NCBI GenBank assembly: GCA_045106415.1
Contig: JBGCEP010000001.1
Span: 15,522-79,521 of the forward strand
Direction: 5' to 3'
Source of the DNA: Oligoflexales bacterium
Lineage (GTDB): Bacteria; Bdellovibrionota_B; Oligoflexia; Oligoflexales; Bog-1112
DNA length: 64,000 nucleotides
Below, piece after piece: positions 48,016 to 57,904 of the stretch (positions within the stretch are counted from its first letter, which is position 1; each line of letters opens with the position of its first letter). Position numbers and translations under genes: made by a program. The notes under the pieces are model-generated. The model ran no database searches, had not been told where the DNA came from, and was given only the letters and a program-made list of their open reading frames with translations.

Positions 48016-49208
48016 GATTTTTTTCTTTCTGGTATCAAGTAGATTAACGTCATTTTAACATCAGCTTGGGCTGTTGCTAAAACTATTCTTCCTGCTCCTG
48101 AAATTTGAAAGCCCAGGAATAAAACTCTTGGCCGCCAATAACCATGATGATTGCGAAATCTTCGGATGAAAAACCTTCCGATCTTCATTGACTTTTTAAA
48201 ACCTTTCACAAGCCTTTGAGGTATAACCTCAGAGTGAGAAGGTGTTTTTTTGGAGAGGTTTTGGAAATGATGAGGCGTTTTATTCGTTAAAATATTTACT
48301 TTTTTTGATGCTATATTAGGTTTTGTTGGTTGAGTTGTTCTACTGAGAGAAATGCTAAAATTTAAACCACCTTGTGCATATCCAACTCCAATGTCTCCAC
48401 CCCCAGAAGCGCTGACTCCAAAAATAGCAGCGACAGGATGTTCTCCAAAGGGAGTTGTTATCGCAGCTCTTTCGAGTTGTTGTGACAAATTATCTATAAG
48501 GTAAGTGAAATTACTAAGTTTTTTAAATGGTGTGGGCCGAGGTCCATTTCTCCACGTTAATCCGATTTGGAGGACGCTTGATGCAGTTAAAATTGTAGAC
48601 CATCTCCCTCCAACACTAAAATAAATAGAGCTTTGTATCATGAGGGGTTTCCATTTGACGTCTTCAGGTACTTGCGAGGCAAGTTCAAGCATTTTTGAGC
48701 TGACTTCGGTAAATGCTTTGTGAGCTTCCTCTCTAGATATTTGAATGTTTTTATTTTGAAGAACGGCTTGTATTGCTGGTTCTAGATCTTCATTTAAATG
48801 ATTAGCGCTGCCGATGGAGTAATTGTCGTGTTGACTGATTCCGTCGGTAAATGGGATAGGGTCGTTTTTTGTTATTTTCTGTGTTCGTGGTAACCAAACA
48901 AGCCCTGCAGTTGCTGTTCCGCCAGTAGCCATGATTCCAAAAGTACCACTGGAAGTTAAGCTAAATCCTGCTGCTATTGCGACTGGTTTCCAAGTTTTTT
49001 TTTTATAAGAGGTTTGAAAATTGTTCAACGAATGATCGAGGACGCGAGTTGTTCTGTGAATTTTTTTTGCAAATGAACGATTCGTCTTCAGTGAGGTTTT
49101 TTGGTAGTCTGCGTGATCGAAGCTGTACCATGATAGAGGTGCTGTGTCTGCGTAAAGCGGTTGTGAGAAAAGGAGTAAAGTGAGAATGATCTTGTTATAA
49201 GAATTCAT
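48012..49208 (-). CDS. Secreted protein with four helix + beta-hairpin repeats
   Basis: Signal peptide from ATG 49208; four W/E-x-P-initiated Gly-rich hairpins. Confidence 0.7.
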   Translation of the reverse strand: MNSYNKIILTLLLFSQPLYADTAPLSWYSFDHADYQKTSLKTNRSFAKKIHRTTRVLDHSLNNFQTSYKKKTWKPVAIAAGFSLTSSGTFGIMATGGTATAGLVWLPRTQKITKNDPIPFTDGISQHDNYSIGSANHLNEDLEPAIQAVLQNKNIQISREEAHKAFTEVSSKMLELASQVPEDVKWKPLMIQSSIYFSVGGRWSTILTASSVLQIGLTWRNGPRPTPFKKLSNFTYLIDNLSQQLERAAITTPFGEHPVAAIFGVSASGGGDIGVGYAQGGLNFSISLSRTTQPTKPNIASKKVNILTNKTPHHFQNLSKKTPSHSEVIPQRLVKGFKKSMKIGRFFIRRFRNHHGYWRPRVLFLGFQISGAGRIVLATAQADVKMTLIYLIPERKKS

Positions 49209-49537
49209 GTTTCGTTCTCCACTTTTTGTATTGCTATTTGTATAGCAGGTGAGGCTTTGAATTTCCAAGAATCAAGAATATTAATTTCACCTTCAATTCC
49301 AATCCCAATGATGACAGTTTCAATCTTCCATGAGTCGTCTTTAAAAGGTGATGCAGAAAGTTCTAGATCAATAGATTCATGCGCTTTAATGAGATGTTTT
49401 CCAAGCTCTGTGCTTAAAACTTCATCTTCTATTTTTAGCTTCCGTTCAAAACCTTTGGTGTCGACCCCAATTAGGTGAACACCTTTAGAGCAATTCGTGA
49501 GGCTTAAGAAGATACATAAGATGTGGAGTTTTGACAT
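49205..49537 (-). CDS. Lipoprotein with one helix + beta-hairpin module
   Basis: Lipobox LTNC; WKIETVIIGIGIEGEINILDSWKFKASPAIQIAIQK. Confidence 0.65.
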   Translation of the reverse strand: MSKLHILCIFLSLTNCSKGVHLIGVDTKGFERKLKIEDEVLSTELGKHLIKAHESIDLELSASPFKDDSWKIETVIIGIGIEGEINILDSWKFKASPAIQIAIQKVENET

Positions 49538-50382
49538 GGTGTTTGCCTATACTTAATAGCTAATCTTTTTAAGATTAACTTATCTAATGCAGAATAACCT
49601 AATAAACGTTTAATCCACCGGGCTTTTGCGGAGTCTTTTCCAATTGGGATACGTGCAGGAGAATTTTTATTTTGAATAGTTTTAATAATTATTTGTGCAA
49701 CTTTGTTGCATGATGGTATTCGAGGATTATGATCTTGAGAAAAATCTGTGAGGGCAAGCATGCGATTTTCATAATCAGAGATCTGTGTTTTTTGAATATC
49801 AATATTTTGGTGAAAGTGAGATCGCACCCAACCAGGTTCAACAAGGTGAACTCGAATACCAAGAGGTGCAACCTCATAGCGTAATGATAAGGTCATGCTG
49901 CTTAGTGCAGATTTCACTGCGCAGTAGTGTGCTTTAAAAGGAAATTGGGCTTCATAGACTACTGATCCGATGTTGATAATAATGCCATTTTTTTGATGAC
50001 GCATATATGGAAGAGCTTTTTGAATAAAATCAACATGCCCAAAATAATTGGCCTCAAATAGTTCATGGCTTTTTTGAGAAGAGGCTTCTTCCAATGTGCT
50101 CATTTCACCATAGCCAGCATTGTTGATAAGTATATCAACTGAACTTATTTTTTCTTTGATTTGTAGCCAAGCTTGATCTCGAGAGATGCTGTCTTTGAAG
50201 TCACATTCAATAAGATCAAAGATTTTTTTTCTTTTAAGGTCTTTTTGAAATGTATAGCCTTTTTCGACATCGCGGCATAATCCCACCACATGATAGCCTT
50301 GCTCGCTCATGAGATGAGCTGTTGCAAGTCCAATCCCAGATGAAGCTCCAGAGATCAATACTTTTTTACCATTCGGCGACAT
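49504..50382 (-). CDS. Short-chain dehydrogenase/reductase
   Basis: ISGASSGIG, NNAGY, YCAVK, LVEPG. AAGGAG SD before ATG 50382. Confidence 0.9.
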   Translation of the reverse strand: MSPNGKKVLISGASSGIGLATAHLMSEQGYHVVGLCRDVEKGYTFQKDLKRKKIFDLIECDFKDSISRDQAWLQIKEKISSVDILINNAGYGEMSTLEEASSQKSHELFEANYFGHVDFIQKALPYMRHQKNGIIINIGSVVYEAQFPFKAHYCAVKSALSSMTLSLRYEVAPLGIRVHLVEPGWVRSHFHQNIDIQKTQISDYENRMLALTDFSQDHNPRIPSCNKVAQIIIKTIQNKNSPARIPIGKDSAKARWIKRLLGYSALDKLILKRLAIKYRQTPCQNSTSYVSS

Positions 50383-50650
50383 CAATAGTGATATCTCCTT
50401 TAACTTTGCATTGACACGCAAGGCGCTCGTTTTCATTAGCGGCCATCTCGTTCAAAAAATTTATTTCAGCTTCACCTTTAGGTGTGAGGTTATTTTCACC
50501 TTCTAAAACCTGTACGCAGCATGCTCCACAAGAGGCGTCTCTACATCCAAAAACGAGAGAAGTTGTGTGTTCTGCATCCAGGTTAATCAGCGGATAATTT
50601 TCTTGAACATTGAGAGCAAGGTTGTCAGTTGAGATTTTAATTGTGGGCAT
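50366..50650 (-). CDS. 2Fe-2S ferredoxin
   Basis: GCRDASCGAC...RLACQC. Confidence 0.9.
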   Translation of the reverse strand: MPTIKISTDNLALNVQENYPLINLDAEHTTSLVFGCRDASCGACCVQVLEGENNLTPKGEAEINFLNEMAANENERLACQCKVKGDITIDVAEW

Positions 50651-50677
50651 CGAAAATCCTTCTTTCATAGTAAGAGT

Positions 50678-52063
50678 TTATAGCCAAGGAGTCTTTTCCA
50701 TAGCTTTTGTGAAATTATGAATATTATCTGGTGTCGATTGGTAGAGTTCTGCTGGGTAGGACTGTTCCCATAAGTAGCTAAATAAATTTAGTACTTTCGT
50801 TTGGTCTGGTGTTTCTATTTCCGTGTTTTTAAATGTGGTTGCAACCTTTTCAATGTTTGTTGCTTGATGTACAAGATCGGGATGGTTATATACAGAGTCC
50901 CCTAAAGCAATAACCGGTGTGCCGAGAGCGAGAGCTTCAGCCCCAGACTTAGAGTTGATAGTAATGACTGCTTTTGCTTTCCTTATAACGTCATGATTGT
51001 TCTCATGAGGAACTAATAATTTGAAATTGTTGTGCTTTTGTTGAATTTTTTTGACGTGATTTAAGCCTATTGCACCCACGCACGCAGGGTGTTCTTTTGC
51101 AACAAGCAAAGTGTTGCTTGGAAGAAAATTACAGATCGTCTCTAAGAGTGATAGTTGATTAAGGTATTGAGGTGTGCGAACTGTTAACGAATAATCCATT
51201 GGGACATGAAAAGGGTAGTAAATATATGATGTATCTTTTAATTCAGATAATGAAAGCATATTCTTTTTGTAGACTTGGTAGCTTAAGATATTTGTGACAG
51301 CTCGTCTAGAATGGACCCATATTTTCTCATATTCTTGAGTCTCTTTATGAATATATTTTGCTTTTATTTTTTTATACAATTTTTTGAAGTTTTCTGAATT
51401 AAGAACTTTTGAAAAACCTATTTGAAAATGATGTTTATCTTTAAAAGGAACTACAATTGTTTTTGCATTTTTCATGTGTTCGATATAGTGGACAACCTCA
51501 TCTTTAACTGGTGTTTGAGACAAATTTTGAGGTGGTTGTATTGCCATGAGAGAATTTTTAACAAAATGAAGGCGACCCTTAAAAAGAGCAGGTTCAAAAA
51601 AGATATGGTCAAGTTTATACGCTCGTGCAGTGAAATAGAGAAGCATCGGCGCAATAAACCCGCCTAACTCTTGATAAATACATATTTTTCTATCCTTATT
51701 TTCTTTTAAAATAAGGTGCATAATGTCTAGAAGTGCATTTCCATAGGAGCAAAATTTTTTTTCTAGCTCTTCACGTGTTGGCGTTTCAAAGACGAGTCTG
51801 TCGTGTATGATCGTGCGGGCTAAGTCACAATTAAGTTGTTTAGTAATTTCTTGTGATGTCTTTTTATGAGTTTTCCGAGAGAACTCATAAAGGTCATAAC
51901 AAGTAAATCCTGCATCAATAATAGATTTATTGCCAGGTTGAAAAAAAGAGATGAAAGAGACTAAAGATCCCTGTGAAGTTAGTTTCTTGGCGACTTCTAA
52001 GAAGAAGGAGACATCCCGCATTGCAATGACTGCAAAGACGTAGCTTCGGTGTTTGTGGTCCAA
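50678..52063 (-). CDS. Capsule polysaccharide biosynthesis (KpsS-like) glycosyltransferase
   Basis: YYPFHVPMD, VAKEHP, TINSKSGAEAL..G.PV. Confidence 0.75.
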   Translation of the reverse strand: MDHKHRSYVFAVIAMRDVSFFLEVAKKLTSQGSLVSFISFFQPGNKSIIDAGFTCYDLYEFSRKTHKKTSQEITKQLNCDLARTIIHDRLVFETPTREELEKKFCSYGNALLDIMHLILKENKDRKICIYQELGGFIAPMLLYFTARAYKLDHIFFEPALFKGRLHFVKNSLMAIQPPQNLSQTPVKDEVVHYIEHMKNAKTIVVPFKDKHHFQIGFSKVLNSENFKKLYKKIKAKYIHKETQEYEKIWVHSRRAVTNILSYQVYKKNMLSLSELKDTSYIYYPFHVPMDYSLTVRTPQYLNQLSLLETICNFLPSNTLLVAKEHPACVGAIGLNHVKKIQQKHNNFKLLVPHENNHDVIRKAKAVITINSKSGAEALALGTPVIALGDSVYNHPDLVHQATNIEKVATTFKNTEIETPDQTKVLNLFSYLWEQSYPAELYQSTPDNIHNFTKAMEKTPWL

Positions 52064-52214
52064 GTTAACCTCAAAGGTGAATAGATGGAGAAATCATATC
52101 ATTCTTTGTTATTTTTTTTCAAATCTATGGTGAGTTTTCTTCTTTACTTTAAGATAAGTAGTTTTTTTTCACAGGTTGTGATTTGATGAAGGTGAATTTG
52201 AGAGAAGGTTTAGC

Positions 52215-53489
52215 ATGCAAGAATCAGGTGATGATTCTCAAAATATATCTAGAGAAATTTACCCAAAAGTTATGCAGTGGATATTTTTTAGTGTTCTTGT
52301 TTTTATTATTAATGGTAAGTTTTTTTATGCTTCGCATGGCTGGGAAGGGCATTTACGCCCCTTGGCGCCAGTGTATCTTATTGTTTTGAAAGATATTGTG
52401 GCATTAATTTTTATGATTATTTTTTCTTTCTATTCATTTTTTTTAGATAATAAACCAATACGCGCAGATAACTGTTTTATATTAGGATTTATATTCATTC
52501 TCTTAATTGTTTCTATGCTTCATATTCTTCACCAAGAAACACTAGTTTGGATGCATCATTTTTTCCGCAACTCTATTTTGTATTCTTTTTTTCTTATTGC
52601 CTCGAATCGATTGTCTAATTTAGAAAATATTTCGAATCTGATATCAGTTTTACTTTTTGCTTCTTTTTTAAATAATTTTTCATCGCACATACAATTTTTT
52701 ATCTCCAGCGATGTTCTTTTAGATGGTGTTAGAAGTATAGGTTTTACTGATAACCCTAATACAGCAGCTAGTATTCTTCTTATGGGTTTTGTTATTTCTT
52801 TTGTTAGAATGTTTTATAGAAAAAAATTATTATATGCAATAAGCTCATTGTCTTTTTTGACCGCATTGCTTTTAACGCAGTCAATGACTTATTTGGCATT
52901 AACTATTTTATTCACCTTATTATTCCCAATTTTAAAATTTAGGAGAAATTGGATATTTTTAAGTCTTGCTTTCTTATCTTTTGTTGTCCTTTTTTCATCT
53001 GTTTATTTAAGCGGTTATGATGTTGTTAACAAAATTGTATCACGTTTTGAATTATTAATATTTCATCCTGAGAGTTTCAATTCTTTTTCAGCGCGAATGA
53101 ATAATTATTTTGATGCTTATCAAGCCTTAAATGATGATCCTTTAGGCTGTTTTTTTGGCGTAGGATTCTCTGAAAAATTAATGACTTTCGATTCAACTTT
53201 TTTAGTGATTGGTGTGAATTTTGGAATTTTGTTTTTGCTTATTTTTATAATATCTAATTTTGTAATTTTTGTTATTTCAGCCAGGAGATTTATTCAGGGG
53301 GGAGAAAATATAGAAATATTATTTTCTTTGCATTTAATTTATTTTTTATCAGGTTTGGTGAGAAACATTTTCACAAGGACTCCTTTGAATGTAATTAGTT
53401 ATGTTGTAGTGGGGATGTTGATGACCCTCTTGTACGAAAACGAAATTAATGCTCAAAATATTTTGAAAAATAAAGGCGTTGTTCCATGA
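52215..53489 (+). CDS. O-antigen ligase/polymerase-like membrane protein
   Basis: Many TM helices; RSIGFTDNPN, LLTQS, SFSARM, FFGVG. Confidence 0.75.
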   Translation: MQESGDDSQNISREIYPKVMQWIFFSVLVFIINGKFFYASHGWEGHLRPLAPVYLIVLKDIVALIFMIIFSFYSFFLDNKPIRADNCFILGFIFILLIVSMLHILHQETLVWMHHFFRNSILYSFFLIASNRLSNLENISNLISVLLFASFLNNFSSHIQFFISSDVLLDGVRSIGFTDNPNTAASILLMGFVISFVRMFYRKKLLYAISSLSFLTALLLTQSMTYLALTILFTLLFPILKFRRNWIFLSLAFLSFVVLFSSVYLSGYDVVNKIVSRFELLIFHPESFNSFSARMNNYFDAYQALNDDPLGCFFGVGFSEKLMTFDSTFLVIGVNFGILFLLIFIISNFVIFVISARRFIQGGENIEILFSLHLIYFLSGLVRNIFTRTPLNVISYVVVGMLMTLLYENEINAQNILKNKGVVP

Positions 53490-54664
53490 GAATCAATGAA
53501 TATTTTTTAAGAAAAAAATACCATGTTATCTTAATCTCAATTTCATTAGGTTTTTTACTTTCATGTATTAGTTATGTGTTGATTCCTATTCACTTTAAAA
53601 CTCATATAGAGATATTGAACCATATAGGTGATGAAGAGATTGTAGAAGATGAATCTCTTTATCAAGAACTTCAAAATAGAATGTGGAATAACCCAAAATA
53701 TTCAAGGATTTTTTCATCTTATTTTTTAGATAAAATAAGTAGTGAGAAAAAGAAGGAATCTTTTATTAGCGATATTTCACTAGTGCATAACGTTCTACAG
53801 CCTGATGCAATGAATAATAAAGATAGGATGTCAAGGTATATTCTTTCTTTCTTCACTAAGAAAAATTTTTCAAGAATAGGAAGTACTTTTTATTTGATGA
53901 AGACGGATAAGAATAAATCATCATTGATGATGAGTTTAAGTGATCAAAATGAAAATCGCCAGATTATAGAAGCTTCTTTTTTTGCGTTAGAAAAAACAGT
54001 TGAATCTTTTAACGAAGACAGATTGAATGAGGTTAAGTCTTCAAATAAAAAATCAATTAAGGAAAGTAAGATAGCGTATGAAAGAATTTATAGTGATTAT
54101 AAAAATAATATGAATAATCTTGTGCAAGAGATTTCAGATCTTCGGAGGAATATGGCAGCGCTTTCATTATCTATGAATTTTAAAGGTAGAAAAATAGAAG
54201 AGAAATCTTTTGATATGATTATTAATGACATGCATCAGAAAAATATATCTTTTTTTCCAATGGTTTTTGATCGTTTAAACATTTTTGAATTATCGCTGCA
54301 GGCCAAATATCTAGAGGCTAATGTGGAAGAAAAAATTAAGTATCAAAATATGCTTACTAAATATGCATTTTTATATGATGATTTAGGAGATCGGTATAAA
54401 AATCAGAGTAATAAAATAAAAGTTGTTAGAACACATATTCTTGAAACAGAAAAAAAATACCTAGAAATACTTAATAATAAAAATTATGCTTTAGCTCTTC
54501 CTAATCAATCTATTCTTTATGATGACCATATGTTAAGTGGTAGTGAGTTTAATAAAAAACAATCTTTAAATATGATCTTTTCTATAGTTGTTTTTTTCTT
54601 ACCTTTATTCATAACCTTATTCTGTTTAGCACTTTTGTCGGGTTTTCACCTTAAGAATGAATGA
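53486..54664 (+). CDS. Wzz-like polysaccharide co-polymerase
   Basis: N- and C-terminal TM helices flanking a coiled-coil domain; overlaps the Wzy-like gene. Confidence 0.55.
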   Translation: MRINEYFLRKKYHVILISISLGFLLSCISYVLIPIHFKTHIEILNHIGDEEIVEDESLYQELQNRMWNNPKYSRIFSSYFLDKISSEKKKESFISDISLVHNVLQPDAMNNKDRMSRYILSFFTKKNFSRIGSTFYLMKTDKNKSSLMMSLSDQNENRQIIEASFFALEKTVESFNEDRLNEVKSSNKKSIKESKIAYERIYSDYKNNMNNLVQEISDLRRNMAALSLSMNFKGRKIEEKSFDMIINDMHQKNISFFPMVFDRLNIFELSLQAKYLEANVEEKIKYQNMLTKYAFLYDDLGDRYKNQSNKIKVVRTHILETEKKYLEILNNKNYALALPNQSILYDDHMLSGSEFNKKQSLNMIFSIVVFFLPLFITLFCLALLSGFHLKNE

Positions 54665-54778
54665 AGTAAAAATAGTAAGGTAGAGACTCGCTTAAAGTAC
54701 CAATATATTTTTGAATATTTGGTTTTTTAGAAAAAATCGCTTAAGATAGACTTGATCTATCTATAGTCAGGTGCTTAT

Positions 54779-55792
54779 ATGGAAAATTTAAATAATGTTT
54801 TTATTATTGCTGAGGCTGGTGTTAATCATAACGGTGATTTCGATATGGCACGAAGACTGGTTGACGCGGCGAAAGAAGCTGGAGCAGATGCGGTGAAGTT
54901 TCAAACCTTTCATGCAGCGAGTCTAGCCTCATCTTTTGCACCAAAGGCTTCTTACCAGTTAGAGACAACAGATCCAACAAAGTCTCAATACGACATGCTT
55001 AAATCTTTAGAGCTTCGTGAAATCGAGTATGTTCGCCTTAAAGAGTATTCTGATAAAAATGGCATTGAATTTTTGTCATCTCCATTTGACCCTCAGAACT
55101 TAAGATTTTTATGTGAGCTGGGAATTAAAAAAATTAAAATACCCTCAGGGGAAATTACTCATTTAGCTCTTTTAGAAGGAGCTGCTCGAGTTGGACTTGA
55201 AGTGATTTTATCAACTGGAATGAGCTTTTTAGGGGAAGTAGAGCGAGCTGTTGATGTTCTAACATCAGGTGGGCTTCCTAGAGAAGATATTACTATTTTA
55301 CAGTGTAATACGGAATATCCCACACCTGTTCATGATGTCAACCTCAAGGCAATGGTGACTTTAGGAAAGAGTATGAGAACTCAATGTGGATACTCTGATC
55401 ACACAACTGGGATTCATATCCCTGTGGCAGCTGTGGCGATGGGTGCCTCTATGATCGAAAAACACTTGACTCTTGATAAAACTTTCTCAGGCCCAGATCA
55501 CAGAGCGTCGTTAGAGCCAGAAGAGTTCAAGACAATGGTGAATTGGATAAGAGAAACGGAACTGGCTATTGGTGATGGTTTGAAGAGGCCAAGTTCGTCA
55601 GAAAAAAGAAATCGTTATATTGCTCGAAAGAGCCTTGTCGCATCATCAGTTATTAAAAAAGGCGAAATATTTACGCCTGACAACTTGACTGCTAAGAGAC
55701 CTGGGACTGGTATGAGTCCAATGGATTGGGATTTGGTTTTAGGTAAACCTGCCCCGAAAGATTTCTCTATCGATGACATGGTTACCTTATAA
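54779..55792 (+). CDS. neuB: Nonulosonic acid (Neu/Leg) synthase
   Basis: IIAEAGVNHNG, DAVKFQ, KIPSGEIT, LSTGMS, GYSDHT, IEKH, GPDHRAS, C-terminal KRPGTG. Confidence 0.93.
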   Translation: MENLNNVFIIAEAGVNHNGDFDMARRLVDAAKEAGADAVKFQTFHAASLASSFAPKASYQLETTDPTKSQYDMLKSLELREIEYVRLKEYSDKNGIEFLSSPFDPQNLRFLCELGIKKIKIPSGEITHLALLEGAARVGLEVILSTGMSFLGEVERAVDVLTSGGLPREDITILQCNTEYPTPVHDVNLKAMVTLGKSMRTQCGYSDHTTGIHIPVAAVAMGASMIEKHLTLDKTFSGPDHRASLEPEEFKTMVNWIRETELAIGDGLKRPSSSEKRNRYIARKSLVASSVIKKGEIFTPDNLTAKRPGTGMSPMDWDLVLGKPAPKDFSIDDMVTL

Positions 55793-55808
55793 AAAGCTAT
55801 TGACTGAG

Positions 55809-55856
55809 GACACCTTGTTTCCTTGATTTCTTCATGGAGGCAACGAGGTGTTTTTT
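55809..55856 (+). terminator. Rho-independent terminator after neuB
   Basis: GACACCTTGTT...AACGAGGTGTT stem followed by a T-tract. Confidence 0.6.
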
Positions 55857-55937
55857 ATTTCTTGAGAAATGACACGAGACTCTTGCAAAGCGCTTCATCC
55901 ATGCTATATTTGCGCGTCTTTTATGACTCGATAGATT

Positions 55938-57818
55938 ATGGCAAGGAGAAGTAAAGTGTTGGAAACATACGATGTTATTGTTGTGGGTGCTGGTCATGCT
56001 GGTTGTGAGGCAGCATTAGCTGCAGCTCGTATGGGTGTGAAAACGCTTTTGTTGACTCAGTCTGTCGACAAAATAGCAGCGATGAGCTGTAATCCTGCTA
56101 TTGGTGGAACGGCTAAAGGTCATCTTGTGAAAGAGATTGATGCTCTTGGCGGAGAAATGGGTCGTGCTATTGATGAAACAGGTATTCAGTTTCGTATTTT
56201 AAATAGACGGAAAGGTCCAGCTATCTGGTCTTCTAGGGCTCAAGCAGATATGGGTCTGTATAGTGCTCGTATGAAATGGGCTGTAGAGAGCCAGGAAAAT
56301 TTATCGTTACGTCAGGATTGCGTTAAAGAACTAAAGATTGTTGATGGCAAAGTTTGTGGTGTTGTTGGTGAAATCTTTGGTGAGCTTCTTGCTGCAAAAG
56401 TTGTTTTAACAACAGGAACATTTTTAAATGGCCTGATTCATATAGGTAGTGAAAAAAGCCATGGTGGCCGTATTGGTGATGCTGCTTCTGTTGATCTTGC
56501 TAGTTTTATTCAAATGATGGGATTTAGGACAGGGCGTTTAAAAACAGGGACAACTCCTCGCCTTGATAGCAGAACCATCGCGTGGTCTGAGTTAGAAAAG
56601 CAGGATTCAGATCCAGATATTATTCCTTTTAGCTTTCAAACTGAATCGATTCAGCAAAAACTTCTACCGTGTTATGTGACGCACACGAATGAAAAAACTC
56701 ACGCTGTGATTGAAGAATCTATGGGGTTATCCCCTCTTTACTCAGGTGAGATTTCTGGCGTGGGGCCTCGTTACTGTCCTTCAATTGAAGACAAGGTTGT
56801 TCGTTTTCCGGATCGTTTATCGCATCAAATTTTTCTTGAGCCCCAAGGGTATAAAACTTGTGAAGTCTACCCTAATGGTATCTCGACCTCACTGCCCCTT
56901 GATGTTCAATTACGATTTGTGAGAACAATTCGAGGGCTTGAAAAGGCAGAAATTATACGCCCTGGTTATGCTATTGAGTATGATTTTATTGACCCAACAG
57001 AGCTTCAACCAACGCTTGAAACTTTAAGAGTTCCTCATTTATATTTCGCAGGCCAAATTAATGGGACAACAGGCTATGAAGAAGCGGGTGCGCAAGGTTT
57101 GATGGCAGGCATGAATGCTGCTTTAGCAGTGCAAGGCCAGGAGCCCATCGTGCTAGGGCGATCAGAGGCTTATATTGGTGTTCTTATAGACGATCTTGTC
57201 ACTAGAGGAACTCAAGAGCCATATCGAATGTTTACTTCTAGGGCGGAGCACAGACTTTCCTTACGAGAAGATAATGCTGATGTTCGGTTAACCCCAAAGG
57301 GTTATAATGCAGGCCTTGTCACAAAATCTGATTATGAAGATTTTATCGTCAGGCGCAGTAAAGTTGAGAACGCGATTCAGTTTTTAAAGACAACAAGGAT
57401 GAAAGAAACTGAGCTTGTCCATACCGATTTGTTTACATCGGAACAACGTGGACATACTTTGGAACAACTATTGAAGCGTCCAGCGGTACAGATTGATGAT
57501 TGGGTATCTGTCATTGCTCAGATCACGAGCTGGCATCCAAGTATCCGGCGTCGAGCAGCTATAGAAGTTAAATATGAAGGGTATATTGAAAGAGAGGCGC
57601 GTCAGATTGATAAATCTTCTCAATTCGATACTTTACTTCTTCCTGAAGATGTAGAGTATGAAAATATCCAAGGTCTTTCAAATGAAGTTAGACAAAAATT
57701 AAAAAAACACCAGCCTCGCACAGTCGGTCAAGCGTCTAGAATAAGTGGTGTCACTCCAGCAGCAGCGCATGTTTTGCGGATATGGCTGCGTTCTCAAAGT
57801 GATTTGCGCAAGAATTGA
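55938..57818 (+). CDS. mnmG: tRNA U34 5-carboxymethylaminomethyl modification enzyme
   Basis: [42 protein letters not shown]. Confidence 0.98.
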   Translation: MARRSKVLETYDVIVVGAGHAGCEAALAAARMGVKTLLLTQSVDKIAAMSCNPAIGGTAKGHLVKEIDALGGEMGRAIDETGIQFRILNRRKGPAIWSSRAQADMGLYSARMKWAVESQENLSLRQDCVKELKIVDGKVCGVVGEIFGELLAAKVVLTTGTFLNGLIHIGSEKSHGGRIGDAASVDLASFIQMMGFRTGRLKTGTTPRLDSRTIAWSELEKQDSDPDIIPFSFQTESIQQKLLPCYVTHTNEKTHAVIEESMGLSPLYSGEISGVGPRYCPSIEDKVVRFPDRLSHQIFLEPQGYKTCEVYPNGISTSLPLDVQLRFVRTIRGLEKAEIIRPGYAIEYDFIDPTELQPTLETLRVPHLYFAGQINGTTGYEEAGAQGLMAGMNAALAVQGQEPIVLGRSEAYIGVLIDDLVTRGTQEPYRMFTSRAEHRLSLREDNADVRLTPKGYNAGLVTKSDYEDFIVRRSKVENAIQFLKTTRMKETELVHTDLFTSEQRGHTLEQLLKRPAVQIDDWVSVIAQITSWHPSIRRRAAIEVKYEGYIEREARQIDKSSQFDTLLLPEDVEYENIQGLSNEVRQKLKKHQPRTVGQASRISGVTPAAAHVLRIWLRSQSDLRKN

Positions 57819-57904
57819 TTTCGAAATTTAGGCGAATTTGACTGAAAAAGTGTTATTATTGAGGATGTCTTACAATGTTCTCAAGTTTTCTCTTTGGAGG
57901 TCAG

